This document shows, in pieces, positions 25,541 through 39,475 of a DNA stretch of 64,000 bases. Source of the DNA: Octopus vulgaris (taxonomy: Eukaryota). The notes below the pieces were generated by a model. The model saw only the letters and a list, made by a program, of their open reading frames with translations. It did no database searches and was not told where the DNA came from. The first letter of the stretch is position 1. The number at the start of each line of letters is the position of its first letter. The translations under genes and the position numbers were made by a program. Location: contig OX597814.1 in NCBI GenBank assembly GCA_951406725.2, positions 151,466,001 through 151,530,000 of the forward strand, given 5' to 3'.

Positions 25541-28301
25541 GCGATTACGAATTTCAGTAGAGCTTGAAGCCTTTCAACGTTGCTATCAAAGGAGTTCGAG
25601 CAATGGGCAAAATTACGGTTTGGTGCCCCTTCTGACATTGTTTTCTCATAACTTTCTTTAAAAATGCTTAATTCTATATGAAATTTTGCAGAAATTCGAA
25701 AGAGTAAATTGGTTGTTATGTTTTAAGACTTTTTTTTTTTTTTTGAGAGAGAGAGAGAGAGAGAGAGAGAAAAGAGTTACGGTTTGTTCTCTCCTACCCC
25801 TGACCCTTTTTTTGTCTTCTCAAACTCCTTTCAAAATGCTTTCTTTTAAATGAAACTTTACAGAAATACATTTTCAAGATGGTAGGTTACATAACGTTGA
25901 CGTTTCAAACATGTAAATCTGGGGAAAATGTGAACAAATGCTAAAGCAACGGAAATTGTTGGTAACAGACTTAGGAAAAGGAAAAGAATAATCCAAATTT
26001 TTCAAAAGCCTCTTCTTTTTTTTTTAGGAAATATTTGGCTGCTATTTCTCGCCATTCAAACTTGTTTTGATAACTCAATAATCCTGTAGCCCTTTTGTTT
26101 AATGTTTAATAATAACTTTTTAAAAAAGCATTTTCTTAAAAATCTATAAAATTAACAATGGATGCTAATTTTTTCTTCAAGAAATATTGGTTTCAAATCT
26201 TGGCCCAAGGTCAGCAATTTCTGGGAAGGGGCTAAGTCAATTTCATCAACCCCCAGACTCAACTGATACTTCTTTTACTGACTCCGTAAGGATGAAAGGC
26301 AAAGTCGACCGCTAAGCATTTTGTTCAGTGTGCTAACCATTCTGCCAACACGCTGCCTTTTTGCTTCAAGAAATATTCTTCAAATTTTATTTGCTTTAAC
26401 TGTGTTGTAGCCTTTATGTGGAAATCATGACGATCCTATAAGGCACAAAAAGAAAATGACTCTCCCCAGACATGGCAATCCTTGTTACTCATAATGTTAA
26501 GAAGACGCCAAATGAAATTAAAATTTCTTCTAGAGAGAGAGAGAGAGAGAAAACACTATTTATTTTATAAATTCAACATTTTAAATTAAATTAAAAGTTA
26601 TTCAATCTCCCGGATAACCAGAATCTTTTTCTTTCACGAAACCCATTTTGGGAGATCCTGGCTTCTATTAACATTGTGATAACCTTCATTTAGAGAGTCT
26701 GCGAAAGCCATGGGCACAACCCTGACTCCATATCAAACCTATAAAACGTTCAAAAGTGATGAAGATTTTGTCTTCACGACTTATTGGCCAGAAATGTTTT
26801 TGCGCTTCTCGTGTGCTGATAAACTGTCGATTTTATAATTCCGACGATTGTTCTTGACCGAAACAATATTTGTTTTGGATGGTTCTTAGTGTCCCTCGCT
26901 GATCTAAGTTGAAAAGATATTGTAGTGGGGGCTTTCTTTTCTCCAGCTTACTTTCCAATGTTATCTGAAAATCTCTGATTGCTTAGATATTTCGATCTAG
27001 TCGTGGCTCATGACCACTCCAGAGCAGCATCACAGAAACGTATCGACGTGGCACTAGAGCAGCCGCTGCATCTAAGGGTTGTTCCATTCATTGTGCGTCA
27101 GTAAACTTCACGGTTTCCATTGTGTGCTTTATTGCTTTTCAGTAATTTATTTTATTTGTACTCATGCCATTGAGTGATGATGATAAGGGGGATCAGTGCT
27201 TATATCAAAATAATAAAACAAGTCCTGGGGAACTAGTGGCTTAATTTTGTAAGCATTATTTATCCTCGCAAATTTGGAATGCATTCACCCTATGCTATAT
27301 ATATAATACGAGACAAGAATTTTAAACGTTTTATGCAAAAACTTTCACACAAACTTATATAAGGAGTCGAGTTAGTTTCTAAAAGAATATTTGGTGTTTT
27401 TTCCTCGCATTGGAAATTTTTTTGGCGACAATCTTTTCGATGGCATCACCAACATTCACCATCCACACTTTTTTTTTGTATCTTCATAACCACATGCATC
27501 ACAGTTATTCACGAAAATAGTCCGAATGGGAACACAGTAATTCGAATATCCTAAAAAATTCAATCGTATGATTATTGGTATTATCCATATGAATTTTCCG
27601 TCCAGATTTGCCATTTTATTATAAATATAGCCAGTAAGTAAAGACAGCCTATAGTGTAGGTTTTGTTCATAAAAATGACATACTGAGTAATAACAAAGAA
27701 GTGTCAGCAAATTTGGACGTAAATTTAACTTCTTATAAATACCATATTTCATGGCATAAAAGACATTCTAATTTCTACAGAGCATAATCAAGAAAAAATG
27801 CTTTAGTTCAGTGACTCAACCATTTTTTGCATATGGTCCCCTCTGATTTCTACTTGGTCTGCCGGACGTCTATAACCATTCGATGCATATAAAAATCCAA
27901 AAGTATTTTTATAATTAAATACTATTAGAAATTGTGTAAAAATAATTTTAATATTGTGGCAGTGTAAGCATTTTATTGCGCATAATTTGTAACTGTAAAA
28001 TCTTATACGGGCCCCCAAAGTTTATATACATTCCCGTTGAGAACCACTGTTATAGTGAATTAAGGTTTATGACAGGCCCTACTTTGCATATAGGACCTGG
28101 GGTAATTTTGCTGAGACATTTTTAGGGGTGGAAGAAAACGCACCTTATAATACCGCCAAATGCGTTATTTGGTCTTTCATTTTTACATGCCACTGTAACC
28201 TTTTTGTAGAAAAATGTGTTTTTTTTACCTTTCATATTTAATTTAAATAAAAATATGCTATTTTATTTATTTATTTATTTATTTTATTTTGTTTTTGTCA
28301 G

Positions 28302-28531
28302 GATCCTTATTAACCACAGAGCAAATGTAAACTGCAGAACTGTATATGGCGATACGCCGTGCCATTTAGCAGCCTATCGAGGACATAGAGAAATGGTTGA
28401 ACTCCTTGTAGGTCGTGGTAATGCTGATCTGTCAGTAACTAATTGTAAAAATCGAACTTCACTAGACGAATCGATCTGTAGCTCACACGATGAAATTTCT
28501 CAATATATCCACAAAGCTATGAGACAAAAAA
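28302..28531 (+). CDS. Ankyrin-repeat protein, coding exon 2
   Basis: T-rich tract and CAG acceptor at 28299-28301. The first G completes the phase-2 codon. Ankyrin repeat YGDTPCHLAAYRGHREMVELLVGRGNAD. Donor A|GTAAGT at 28532, phase 1. Confidence 0.92.
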
Positions 28532-31119
28532 GTAAGTAAATTTTTGCTATACTTGACTTTAATGTTTCCAGCTTGTCTTGCGTTTGGAGGGGCACGCACA
28601 CACACATACACATAGCTATATGCTCAAATGTGATTACTGCCAGATTATTAAATTACCATCACGCTTTAAAGAAAGCTTGTATCAGCTTAATAACTTGTCA
28701 TTACTTAGTAGTCTACACTGACGCAATCATTACACACTCCTGTCAACAATAGTTTTAGCACTTTATTATACGCCGATACATTCCGGCTAGTTTCCTTATC
28801 ATTGTTGTTTCAACTTCTTAAGATACCTTTTGTTTTTGATAACCTTCTCAGAATTTCAAAACGGATCTTGTATTAAATCCATGGAGGTTAGCTTGTTCTA
28901 TTACGATCGGTCCGTTTTCTGTTCTTCTACTTGTGAAACCACTTATTAATTCGGCTTGAATCAAAGCATGGTTGTGTAGTTCAAAAGTGTCTAATGCTAT
29001 TTTCCGGATTAACCAAAGCCTTGCGAGTAGATAAAATAGAGAGAAACTGAAAGAAAACCACCATGTGCGTGCGTGAATGTTAAGACATCGTGTAATTATT
29101 ATAAATGTGAGTCATTGAAAGCGATGGTTTATACATATATGTATATATCTTTTATCTTTTTCGGATCTTTTTGTTTCAGTCATTAGACTGCAGTCAGGCT
29201 ACCTTGAATTTTAATCGAACGAATCGACCCCAGTGCTTTGTTGTTTTTTTGTTTTCTTTCTTAAAGTCTGGTACTTATTCTAATCGCTCGTTTTTTGTCA
29301 AACTGCTAGATTAGGTGAAGTAAACTCAACACCAGTTGTAAAGCGGTGGTGGACGTACATACACAGACACAAAACACGCATACACACACTGACGAATATA
29401 TATGCATGTACGACCTGCTTTTTTCAGTTTTTATCTCCCAAATACACTCACAAAGTTTTGGTCTGCCCAAGGCTAAAGTAGAAGACACTTGCCCAAAGTG
29501 ATTATTGTATTGGTGATGCCTACTGAAGCAGAAATATGTCCACAGCTCTCTTCTTCAGGAAATCAGACTGCATTTTCCTTAATGGCATGTCAATTTTGGA
29601 GAATCCTTGGTTTATGAGATTGTCTTCTCCCTACCCGAATTTGGTACCAGCTGCGTCTGTGCGATTTGGTCTACCCTTTCTAGTAGCAGTGATAATTTCA
29701 ATTACTTCAGAATTTACCTCGTATGCTATTTCATATACTCTTATTCGTCTTTATTGCTCAAATGCATGCCACTGGCCGCTCTGAATTATTTCTTTTGTCG
29801 CATTTTTCATTTCGGGATTGAACTTGGACGGGCTGAAGTCTTTCAGAACTTACTCCTACAACGTTAATTGCAAGCAACACACACACACACACCATAGAAT
29901 ATATTTTGTTCACACGATACATCGTCTGCTTTTTATATGATCACGTGACACTTCTTTGCGTGTCACTGCCCAACTTTAGCAGCTTATTTCTCATTCTCCC
30001 TCGCCTATGTTTCTCATTCCCTTATTTCCTCATTTTCGTCTTTCCTCTTATTGTCTCTGGAGAAGAGACATGTCTCATTTTATATACACTCATACATCAA
30101 TGAACAGTATTGCCACTCCTCAAAATAGCGTGAGCTTACTGCACCCTTCTACCTCTTCACCATTTTAGCATCCTCCGTTTTTTTTTTCCCACAGACCTTA
30201 TTGATGTTAATTTAGTGAATTAGACAAGCGTTTTTTATCTATTTCTTTTTTTTCTTCCTGAAAACCAATGTTCTAAGTCTCTGTAGTTATTGCATAGCAT
30301 CAGGACAACCTCAATTGTGCAGAAAAAAAAGAATAAATTCTAGATTTGAACATTCCACGTTTTCTTCCCAGATGCGTAGGAATACATTATCTAATCTGAC
30401 CTTTCATAGAGGGCGAGATTGATTGCTATTTCTAGCAGGTGGAACTACTATGTTGAAGAAGCCTCTTCATCAATGTGTTCCTTGCACAGGGCTTTGGAGT
30501 AGATGTTCCTCGAAGTCTCATGCCTTATGAAGAAAAAAAGTTGTTCCTCCTTTGTTTTTTTGTTTTTTTTTTTGTTTTTATGATTCTGAAAAAAAAAATG
30601 TCAGTTTTTTCACGTTTTATTCTTTCCTTATCAAGTAGTACAAGACTTCGAGTGACAGCTATTCCAAATCAGTCATTTTAGTAAGCATTCCTTCTTTCAA
30701 TTATTATTGTTTTCGATACCATTTTTGTCATTAAAAACAAGCAAAAAAGAATCTGGTTAACATAGGGGCTCTCTCATTAATTTTGATAGCTAGTACAAGG
30801 AGTTGAAATAAGTTCAGCTTGATCAGATAACACTTTGGGACGATACCAGAATCAGTTGGTGATACTATTTTCCTTATTCTTCAAGGCCAATACCTCATTT
30901 AATACTACTTCCATCCACTCCCGAAAGGTGCTCGCGTTGAATCAATGCTGATGCGAACAGGAAGAAAAAAGTTACATTTACTTCCGTTTGGGGGCATTGG
31001 GTTCTTTTAACATGTCTAATATGCCACGATAAAAGGTTCGTAGTGTAATTTGTTGAGCGAAAAGATCAGAAATTATTTTCACACACATGTATTACAATAA
31101 ACGCCGTGTGTGTGTTTAT

Positions 31120-31177
<58 letters not shown>

Positions 31178-31397
31178 GGCATTTATAGTCAAAAGGATGT
31201 TTGTTCTGTTTCGTTATTCCAACTTATCATTTGGGCAGATTGCCAGTCTATGGCGGATGTTGTAACAACAGAATTGAGTACTGGTTTTAATATAGCTGTG
31301 ATATTTGTATTTATAGCGTGTGCGCGCGTGTATGTGTATGTATATATATATATGTGTGTGTGTGTGTGTATAAAGTTCATATATACATATCTATATC

Positions 31398-31507
31398 TAT
31401 ATGCAGTTAGGTATATGTCCGGTCATAGAGTAACCAATCGTTTCGCATCAATAAAGCGGCGAAACCATTGGTCGCTCTATGACCGGACATATACCTATCT
31501 GCATATA
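31398..31507. repeat. Intronic near-perfect hairpin (49-bp arms, 12-nt loop)
   Basis: TAGGTATATGTCCGGTCATAGAG pairs perfectly with CTCTATGACCGGACATATACCTA, and the inner arm ACCAATCGTTTCGC pairs with GCGAAACCATTGGT. Confidence 0.9.
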
Positions 31508-31564
31508 AATACATTACTGCTGCATGCTTTAGAGTGTGCTTCTTTTTCGGATATATGACACACT

Positions 31565-31637
<73 letters not shown>

Positions 31638-31672
31638 GGACTGCACAGAAGAAGAGACACATAGGATAAAGA

Positions 31673-31715
31673 GTCATTGAAGAGGTCACAGAACGTGTGA
31701 CGAAAGAGCTTAGAC
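31673..31715 (+). ncRNA. Minimal type I hammerhead motif (C3U variant), intron 2 sense strand
   Basis: GTCA-TTGAAGA-G-GTCACA-gaacg-TGTGAC-GAAA-GAGC-TT/AGAC. Perfect 6-bp stem II. Confidence 0.55.
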
Positions 31716-32386
31716 AAAGGCTACTAACATAATAATAATAATAATAATAACTGAAGGCCAAGTGCGTGTGTTTCATTGGCAAAAATATGACCAAATATCC
31801 CCAAATATAACAATAATGTAGATATGTGTATATACATACATACATACATACATACAAACATAGACACTCACGCATATACGTGTGTGTGTATGTATTAACC
31901 ACGCGTTTATTGATTGGTTGATATAGATCTGGTTGATTAATGACAAACCCGGATTGTTTATTGCCGGTAAAACAGATATTGCTCGTGTTCGGTTTTAGTA
32001 GGGATAAAACTCAGAATTCCATTTGTTGATTCATTTTTTTATTGCATCCAATCAGATAATTGCATTTCAACACGGTCTCACTACCTTGGTACCTAATTTC
32101 CGGCTAGATTTTCTCAAGGATATAACGTAGCCTCTGTGACGAGCTTGAAAATAATGCGTGGCTCTGAGATAACTTGCTTATTTACTCGACTTGTCTTAAT
32201 TCGAAACTGTATAATATCAAAGTAAACATGTTTCATAAATCACACAGAACAATGACTTTCAGGAAATGTGATATATTTAGATTAAATAAACCACCAACCG
32301 CTAGCTCTATAAGAGTAGATCATATTTTGTGAAAATAAAAGTAAGAAAGAAAAATAAATAAATCAATCAATCCCCAACTGAGAATT

Positions 32387-32499
32387 TGACGCACACCCAG
32401 TTCAGAAGTGCGTCAGGAAAACGTGTTCGCCACCTACTTAAAAATTCGGGGGAATCCGTGTGACGTCATTCTCCTTGAACCAATGAAATCACTTCCTGT
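32387..32499. promoter_or_regulatory. Promoter/enhancer-like motif cluster in intron 2
   Basis: TGACGCA 32387, TGCGTCA 32409, full CRE TGACGTCA 32461-32468, CCAAT 32480, ETS-like ACTTCCTGT 32491, all in non-repetitive CpG-containing sequence. Confidence 0.4.
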
Positions 32500-33428
32500 T
32501 TAGTGTAAATTTGTAGTATGTTGTTTTACGTGCGCATTTGTTAGTTTGTCATTGAGTTAAGGGAGTTGATTATTTTTATGAAAATCATTGTTATTATCGA
32601 CAGCTGTGACGCAAAATCTTATATTGTATTAAGTAATTTATACCAACACACCTAATGCATACTTAACGGCATTCAATAACATAGCAGTATTAATAAATGC
32701 ACAGTATTTAAAAACAAAACAGGATGATCATGACTAGCATATGTTTTTGGTCGTGAGACTCTACTTAATGATTTGATTTAGAGTCGAGCAACGACATAAC
32801 TACACACTTATACACTTATGCGATATTCAAGTGTTTTATCAATGAACGTAATGTATATCTTTGAACATTACAACGAGGAAATAGCTCCTTCCATTTGTCA
32901 AGTGACCTACATTTCTTTTGACGTACGAATACTGTTCTGTTTTACTTTAAAATATGAATACCTGATAAATATGTAGTCCGTGTGCTTGTTTATCACGTGT
33001 CTTTAAGCTGGAATATCACAATCGTATTTCCTTTCTGTAAATCGGAAACATTGGGTCTATTTAATGGCTCGATGTCAAACGAAACGGTGTCAATATTTAT
33101 AGGAAATCTGACAGTTAATTACTAAGAAAACCATGGGTAAATGGGAATCGGATTTATATATCCTCAGAAGTAGTTAGCAATGATAAAATGATTATTTCCT
33201 ACATTTGTATTTTAGATGATCACAAGTTGACCATGTGACCATCCTTCAGGAAATGAATCCCGTAGAATAATATCCAACATGTTCTCTTTTTTTTGAAGAC
33301 GATTAGGCGTGATTTTAATGAGATTTTGCATAGATTTCATTGGTATTTTTGTATTAATTTCTGTCATTTGTATTAATTTCTGTCATTAACTGGACTCTAT
33401 TATATTCATGTTCGTATTTTCCTTCCAG

Positions 33429-33940
33429 ATTACCATCCGAAACGACTTGCTGAACTTCGTATGGCAGAAATCCCACTAGATCTTACACCAATACCCTCTT
33501 CAGAATTAAACTCATTTGAACACGATGAAAAATATCCATACTCTGATGATGATAATAATGAAGAAGGCAACAGATTTATTGTTAAGGCTAATAATAGCTT
33601 AGCAGCTACCACACATTATGCAGTACCATTCCATTGTGAAACACCAATCACTAACAGATTACCATCTGATATGATAACTCCATTTCCATCTGCTGGACCT
33701 ATTAATAATTCTAACATATATTATTCTCCAAACATTTACCCCTATAAAATACCAAATACTTCATATTCATTGCAACAAAGACCCGTTTTACAAACAAATC
33801 AAAGAGACGCTGACTCTATTTCAGATTCTGATATGAACTCTATGGTAATGAATGATCTTTCATCAACAAATGCAGCAGCTAACCATTCACAATTGTCTTT
33901 TCTGAATATATGTTCACGGTACATAAGTGATAACGTGTGA
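33429..33940 (+). CDS. Ankyrin-repeat protein, terminal coding exon 3 (low-complexity S/N/P-rich tail)
   Basis: Acceptor TTTTCCTTCCAG at 33417-33428. A+AT restores the frame into YHPKRLAELRMAEIP..., open to TGA at 33938-33940. Spliced CDS is 1002 nt (333 aa). Confidence 0.82.
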
Positions 33941-34044
33941 CTATTTAGTTTATTCCTTAGTAGACCTGTAGCAAGGAGGGAGTTGATAAAAATTTAAAAA
34001 GTATCGTTTGATTGACATTATTGTAATTCTGACTTTATGGATAT

Positions 34045-34443
34045 ACTCTCTCTTTTACTTGTTTCAGTCATTTGACTGCGGCCATGCTGGGGCACCGCCT
34101 TTAGTCGAGCAAATCGACCCCGGGACTTATTCTTTGTAAGCCCAGTACTTATTCTATCGGTCTCTTTTGCCGAACCGCTAAGTGACGGGGGCGTAAACAC
34201 ACCAGCATCGGTTGTCAAGCAATGCTAGGGGGACAAACACAGACACACAAACATGTACACACACATACATATACATATATATGACAGGCTTCTTTCAGTT
34301 TCCGTCTACCAAATCCACTCACAAGGCATTGGTCGGCCAGGGCTATAGCAGAAGATACTTGCCCAAGATGCCAAGCAGTGGGACTGAACCCGGAACCATG
34401 TGGTTGGTAAACAAGCTACTTACCACACAGCCACTCCTGTGCC
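34045..34443 (-). mobile_element. Family-A SINE in the probable 3'UTR
   Basis: Homologous to 10806-11262 and lies about 100 bp after the stop codon. Confidence 0.85.
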
Positions 34444-36533
34444 ATATAATGTCCTAAGATGTAGGACAAACCTGCTTTTCTCAATGTAAAGCTGGTGGGA
34501 TGTTTCTAGAGATGTTCATATTATTGGTTCATTTAACACAGTCAGTTAAAAATGCTATTTCTGTTTTAGCAGGTATATATTTAGCAAATTTTCTTTTAAC
34601 GGATGTTTTATATCTATTACTCCATGATGCAACTCTATGTATGAGGCCTCGAATATGACCCATATAACTTTCAATTGTTGGCAGCCTTCCAATCTACTTC
34701 TCTGCTATGTTACCATAAGGTGAAATTGGTACCTTACTTTCCAGTAAGCTAAGGGGTTAATGTGGTAACATTGGTTGGCTGCCAACCATATCACCAAGAC
34801 TACAGTCAATAAGTTTTAGTCATAGATTTAAATAGACATAAGGCTATGCTATTAATTTTTTTTGTGTGTGTGTGTTCTTAGTCCAATTGACTATCATTTT
34901 AAGAGCATATGAGTGAATTAAATCCTCAGTTTCAAAAATAATACAGAAAATTAAAGAACTGCCTTATTCTCTACAATTCTTAAACATTCTGAAATGTGAC
35001 TTCATGACTTGTCAGAAATTTTTCATCAACAAATTTTAGTCAAAAGCAAATTTCAGAGCAATAAAATGTTTGCTGATTCTATTTCTGAAACTCTATCTGT
35101 GATAATTTGATATTCGCAACAGCAAATGTGAAAATAAATGTTATGTTTTTATATGTAACATCTTTATACAACCCAGCTGAATTATATTTCATACAAAGTG
35201 CTCCCTTTACTCCTGAATATTGCTGTTTTTTTTTTTTTTGCATCTTCAGGTATAAACCTTTTTTTTTTTTTTTTTTTTTTTTAAGTTAGTCCGAGGGAAA
35301 ATACTGTTATTTTCATCGTCTTTTTTTTTTTTTTTTTTATCATGACAAGAATTTAAAGAATCAGATGCTTGCAGTATCTAATTCATTATGTTTTGATGGG
35401 TTCAAATCATTCTGGAGTTGATTTTAACTTCCTTTTCTCCATGGATAATATTTTAAAAAATTTTATCATACCTCCATACAAGTCCATTATTTTTATCTAG
35501 GGGGAAAAACAAAAACGCACATAAAGAAGTGAGTTAGCTTGTTACTTCAATGGTGTCTTTATATCAGCACATTGAACTTAAGTGGTGCAAATAAATTGAA
35601 ATGTTTTCATGAAGAATCTGAACCCAGTCACAGACTCAGTTTTCAAGAAGATTATTTTCAATTTAACCTATCTCTTTCATGGAACAAAAACTGCCACACA
35701 TTTTCTGTTCATACTTTGAACTGCATTACTTTCACCATGTCTTGGGAAGTTCCTTTTACTCTTCCCATTTCAAGTGATGTTTTGTTTTTCTATCTGTCCA
35801 ACTGTAATTTCCATTATAATACGCAACCTTACCTTATACCTGTTCAGAAGATTTCCATCCAACGACATATTCAACCAACTGAATTAAAACTTTTTCATTT
35901 TTTTTTTTCATCTAAAAGTGATTAAATTCTCTTAAATAAGTTTCTAATATTTTGGCTGAGAAAGAAAGAAAAAATGATGACATGTCTGCAATTTTTGCTC
36001 ATTGAATGACTTTGGTAATGTGTGATCTACCTGCTGATGTACCTCAAAATATGATGAAAAATATTATATTGTTTACTTATTCTTATATTTTATCAGCTAA
36101 GAGGCTGCAAAAATATACTGGCCAGTTTATTTATGTAATGTATATTTAAACACTACGCAATATTCATTCACAAAGAAGTGGTTTCATTTTTCAGGAACCA
36201 CATATGTTCTGCATTGACAAAATAAAATTTCGATGAGGTTAAATCGAATGTTTTGCTGTCTTAACATATAAGCAACAAAGCACATGTTTTCAGTGCCTTT
36301 TTTTTTTTTTTGTAATTTAATACAAAATCAAAGTGAAAGGTTGCATTTGCTAAACATTCTTAGCAACATGTAAAATATTTGTAACTATTATGTAATATAG
36401 TATCTAACAAATATTACATTGCATACTTCAAATGTGTATCTTTTGTGTTCATCCACTAATTTATTTTTCAAGAAGTCTGTGATATAATTTCAATTGTTTG
36501 CAATGATACATTCATTAAGAAATTAATGAGAAA

Positions 36534-36545
36534 AATAAAAATAAA
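36534..36545 (+). terminator. Candidate polyadenylation signals of the ankyrin gene
   Basis: Tandem AATAAA AATAAA followed by T/GT-rich sequence, at the end of ~2 kb of TE-poor AT-rich DNA. Confidence 0.4.
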
Positions 36546-36699
36546 TGAAACATGAATACTTTGTTTTCTGATTTTTATGCATTTGCTTTTCATTTAAATA
36601 TATTTTAATGCTTAAAATTTGCTGTTAATTCACAAAGTGGTCTAAGTTTGCCAGCAAGAACAGGGTAAGCTGATGTTTTGGGTAGAATCTTATATACTA

Positions 36700-36895
36700 G
36701 ACCGCTTTCTCTTCACAAACTATCTTAAAGTGGAATAAGCTGCCGGACGAGATAGTGAAGATGCCGATGACTGCTCGGTTCAATGTCTTTCTTGACCAGA
36801 AATGGCCTGAACTCTTTACATGAACACCACCCTGTACATAATTCCATGTCCCCCTACATGGCCTTGCTTTTTGAGCCAAAAAATTAACTTAACTT
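36700..36895 (+). mobile_element. CR1-like LINE 3' fragment
   Basis: Homologous to the reverse complement of 2700-2900 (WNKLPDEIVKMP...KWPELFT* plus 3'UTR). Confidence 0.8.
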
Positions 36896-37267
36896 ATTGA
36901 GTGAGTCCTTTATCTCCCTTCCTTATAAGGGGAAATAATTCCAGTAACTTGATTGGTTTCTCAAAGTTAGTTTATATACAGAGGAGAAAGTAAAGCCTAA
37001 TGTTTGTTTGCAAGTAAACAATTAATAACTATGTATATGTTTCATCACCATCATTGTTTTAATCTATTTTTCCATACTTGCATGCCTCAGTCAAAAACAC
37101 TACACTGAGGCACATTTTTCTAAAGCTAGATGGTCTTCCAGTAACCAATCCTTGTTTCCAAGCAATTAATATTTCTCCTTGCCTGCTAAACAACAAACAG
37201 ACTGGGAATGCTTTCATGAAACATTACAAACACCATTTGAATGGATATTTTTTTTTTACATTCGGTA

Positions 37268-38033
37268 TGCACAATGGCCCAGTGGTTGCGGCAGCGGACT
37301 CGCGGTCATAGGATCGCGGTTTCGATTCCCAGACCAGGCGTTGTGAGTGTTTATTGAGCGAAAACACCTAAAGCTCCACGAGGCTCCACAGGGGATGGTG
37401 GTGATCCCTGCTGTACTCTTTCACCACAACTTTCTCTCACTCTTACTTCCTGTTTCTGTTGTACCTGTATTTCAAGGGGCCGGCCTTGTCACGCTGAATA
37501 TCCCCGAGAACTACATTAAGGGTACACGTGTCTGTGGAGTGCTCAGCCACTTACACGTTAATTTCACAAGCAGGCTGCTCCGTTGATTCGGATCAACCGG
37601 AACCCTCATCGTCGTAACCGACGGAGTGCTTCCATTTTTTTTTCCCACATATCGAAACACTCAGTTATGCACAAACATATAAAATGTGTCTATGTGTGCA
37701 TATATATATATGATATATATTTAATGCAAGTATAATGTTATAATGGAGGTGCAATGGTCCAGTGGTTGGGGCAGCGGACTCGCGGTCATAGGATCGCGGT
37801 TTCGATTCCCAGACCGGGCGTTGTGTGTGTTTATTGAGCGAAAACACCTAAAAGCTCCACGAGGCTCCGGCAGGGGGTGGTGATCCCAGCTGTACTTCTT
37901 CACCACTCTTTCTCTTACTCTTTCTTCTGTTGGCCTGCTCGCTTAGCCAGCGGGGTGGCGTCATTCAAAGGCTAAAACAATGCGAAGCGCATTGTGACCA
38001 GCGATGTGTAGCAACGTCTGGTTGGTCACGTGA
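37268..38033 (+). mobile_element. Two tandem tRNA-derived SINEs, same head with different tails
   Basis: Heads at ~37268 and ~37747 (TGGYCCAGTGG ... GGTTTCGATTCCC). Tails diverge after the CT-rich linker. Confidence 0.8.
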
Positions 38034-39096
38034 TAATGTTATATATATAATATAGTGGTTTGGCAAAAGAGACTGATAAAGTAAGTACCAGGCTTTTAAA
38101 AATCAAGTACTGGGGTCAATATATTCAACTAAAAAATTCAACACAGTGCTCCAGCATGGCCACAGTCTAATAATTGAAACAAGTAAAAGATAAAATATAG
38201 AAGATATATATATACACCACACACACACACACACAAAATATGTGTGTATGTATATATATGACAAAAAACAGTCTTCCATACTCTACCAACATGGAGGCAA
38301 TCTGGGTCAACTTGACATCCACACTTTATCCAAGCACCCAAAGTACTCAATCCTCAGACAAATACAGGAGTGCGTCCTCATAAATGAAACATCCCCAGTA
38401 CTAAATAGGAAATATACATAGTAGGTAATCATACCCACAGTTTATATTTATATAGATAGAATAGTTAGTGGACTGTTACATAGATGTATGTATGTGAGTG
38501 TGTATATATGTTTATGCACACGTATGTAAGCAAATGGATATGAATGTAAACAGATAGACATACAGATGGATAGGTACATAGGCAATATGAACAGACAAGC
38601 ACACATACACAAATAGAGGACTGAAACACATGACCATATACACATACACTTCACTTCACGCAAGGACACATATAGAGACACACATCCACACATGGAGATA
38701 CATAGTATATAGTCACAAAAACCCACACACATGCACACATAAGGAGACAGGTACACACGCACATAAAAACACAAATACATGAATATGCAGAATACATATA
38801 TACATATGCACACACATGCATACACAAACTTGCATGCATGCATACATACATGATGTATGCGCACACACATGCACAAACAAACAAAAAGAACACAGCTCGG
38901 ATAATGGACAGAGTCAATGACTATTGAAAAGGTTTCAAGACGCAACGAAAATTTTAGGAAAAATAAATAAGTAAATGAGTGGAACTTTACTGGTGAGTGT
39001 GTTAAATAATAAGGCACTAAAAGAAAATGACTCTCCCCAGACACAACAGAATATATATATATGTGTGTGTATATATATATATATATGTGTGCATAT

Positions 39097-39466
39097 CTCT
39101 TTCTCTTTTCTCTTTTACTTGTTTCAGTCATTTGACTGCGGCCATGCTGGAGCACCGCCTTTACTCGGGCAACTCGACCCCGGGACTTATTCTTTTGTAA
39201 GCCCAGTACTTATTCTATCGGTCTCTTTTGCCGAACCGCTAAGTAACGGGGACATAAACACACCAGCATCGGTTGTCAAGCAATGCTAGGGGGACAAACA
39301 CACACACGCATATATATCAGTTTCCGTCTACCAAATCCACCCACAAGGCTTTGGTCAGCCCGAGGCTATAGTAGAAGACACTTGCCCAAGGTGCCACGCA
39401 GTGGGACTGAACCCAGAACCATGTTGTTGGTAAACAAGCTACTTACCACACAGCCACTCCTGTGCC
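39097..39466 (-). mobile_element. Family-A SINE
   Basis: Homologous to 10806-11262. Confidence 0.85.
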
Positions 39467-39475
39467 TATGTAATA

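Noticed and set aside
26836-26870. CCGACGA-TTGTTCTTGACC-GAAAC hammerhead-like motif
   Set aside because: Stem II base is mismatched and there is no convincing stem I or triplet. At best a decayed relic.
31200-31240. Minus-strand ATGATAA-GTT..AAC-GAAAC motif
   Set aside because: Two core mismatches and no stem I.
37268-37345. tRNA gene candidates at SINE heads
   Set aside because: A/B boxes are present but there is no complete cloverleaf or T-run terminator. They continue into SINE bodies.
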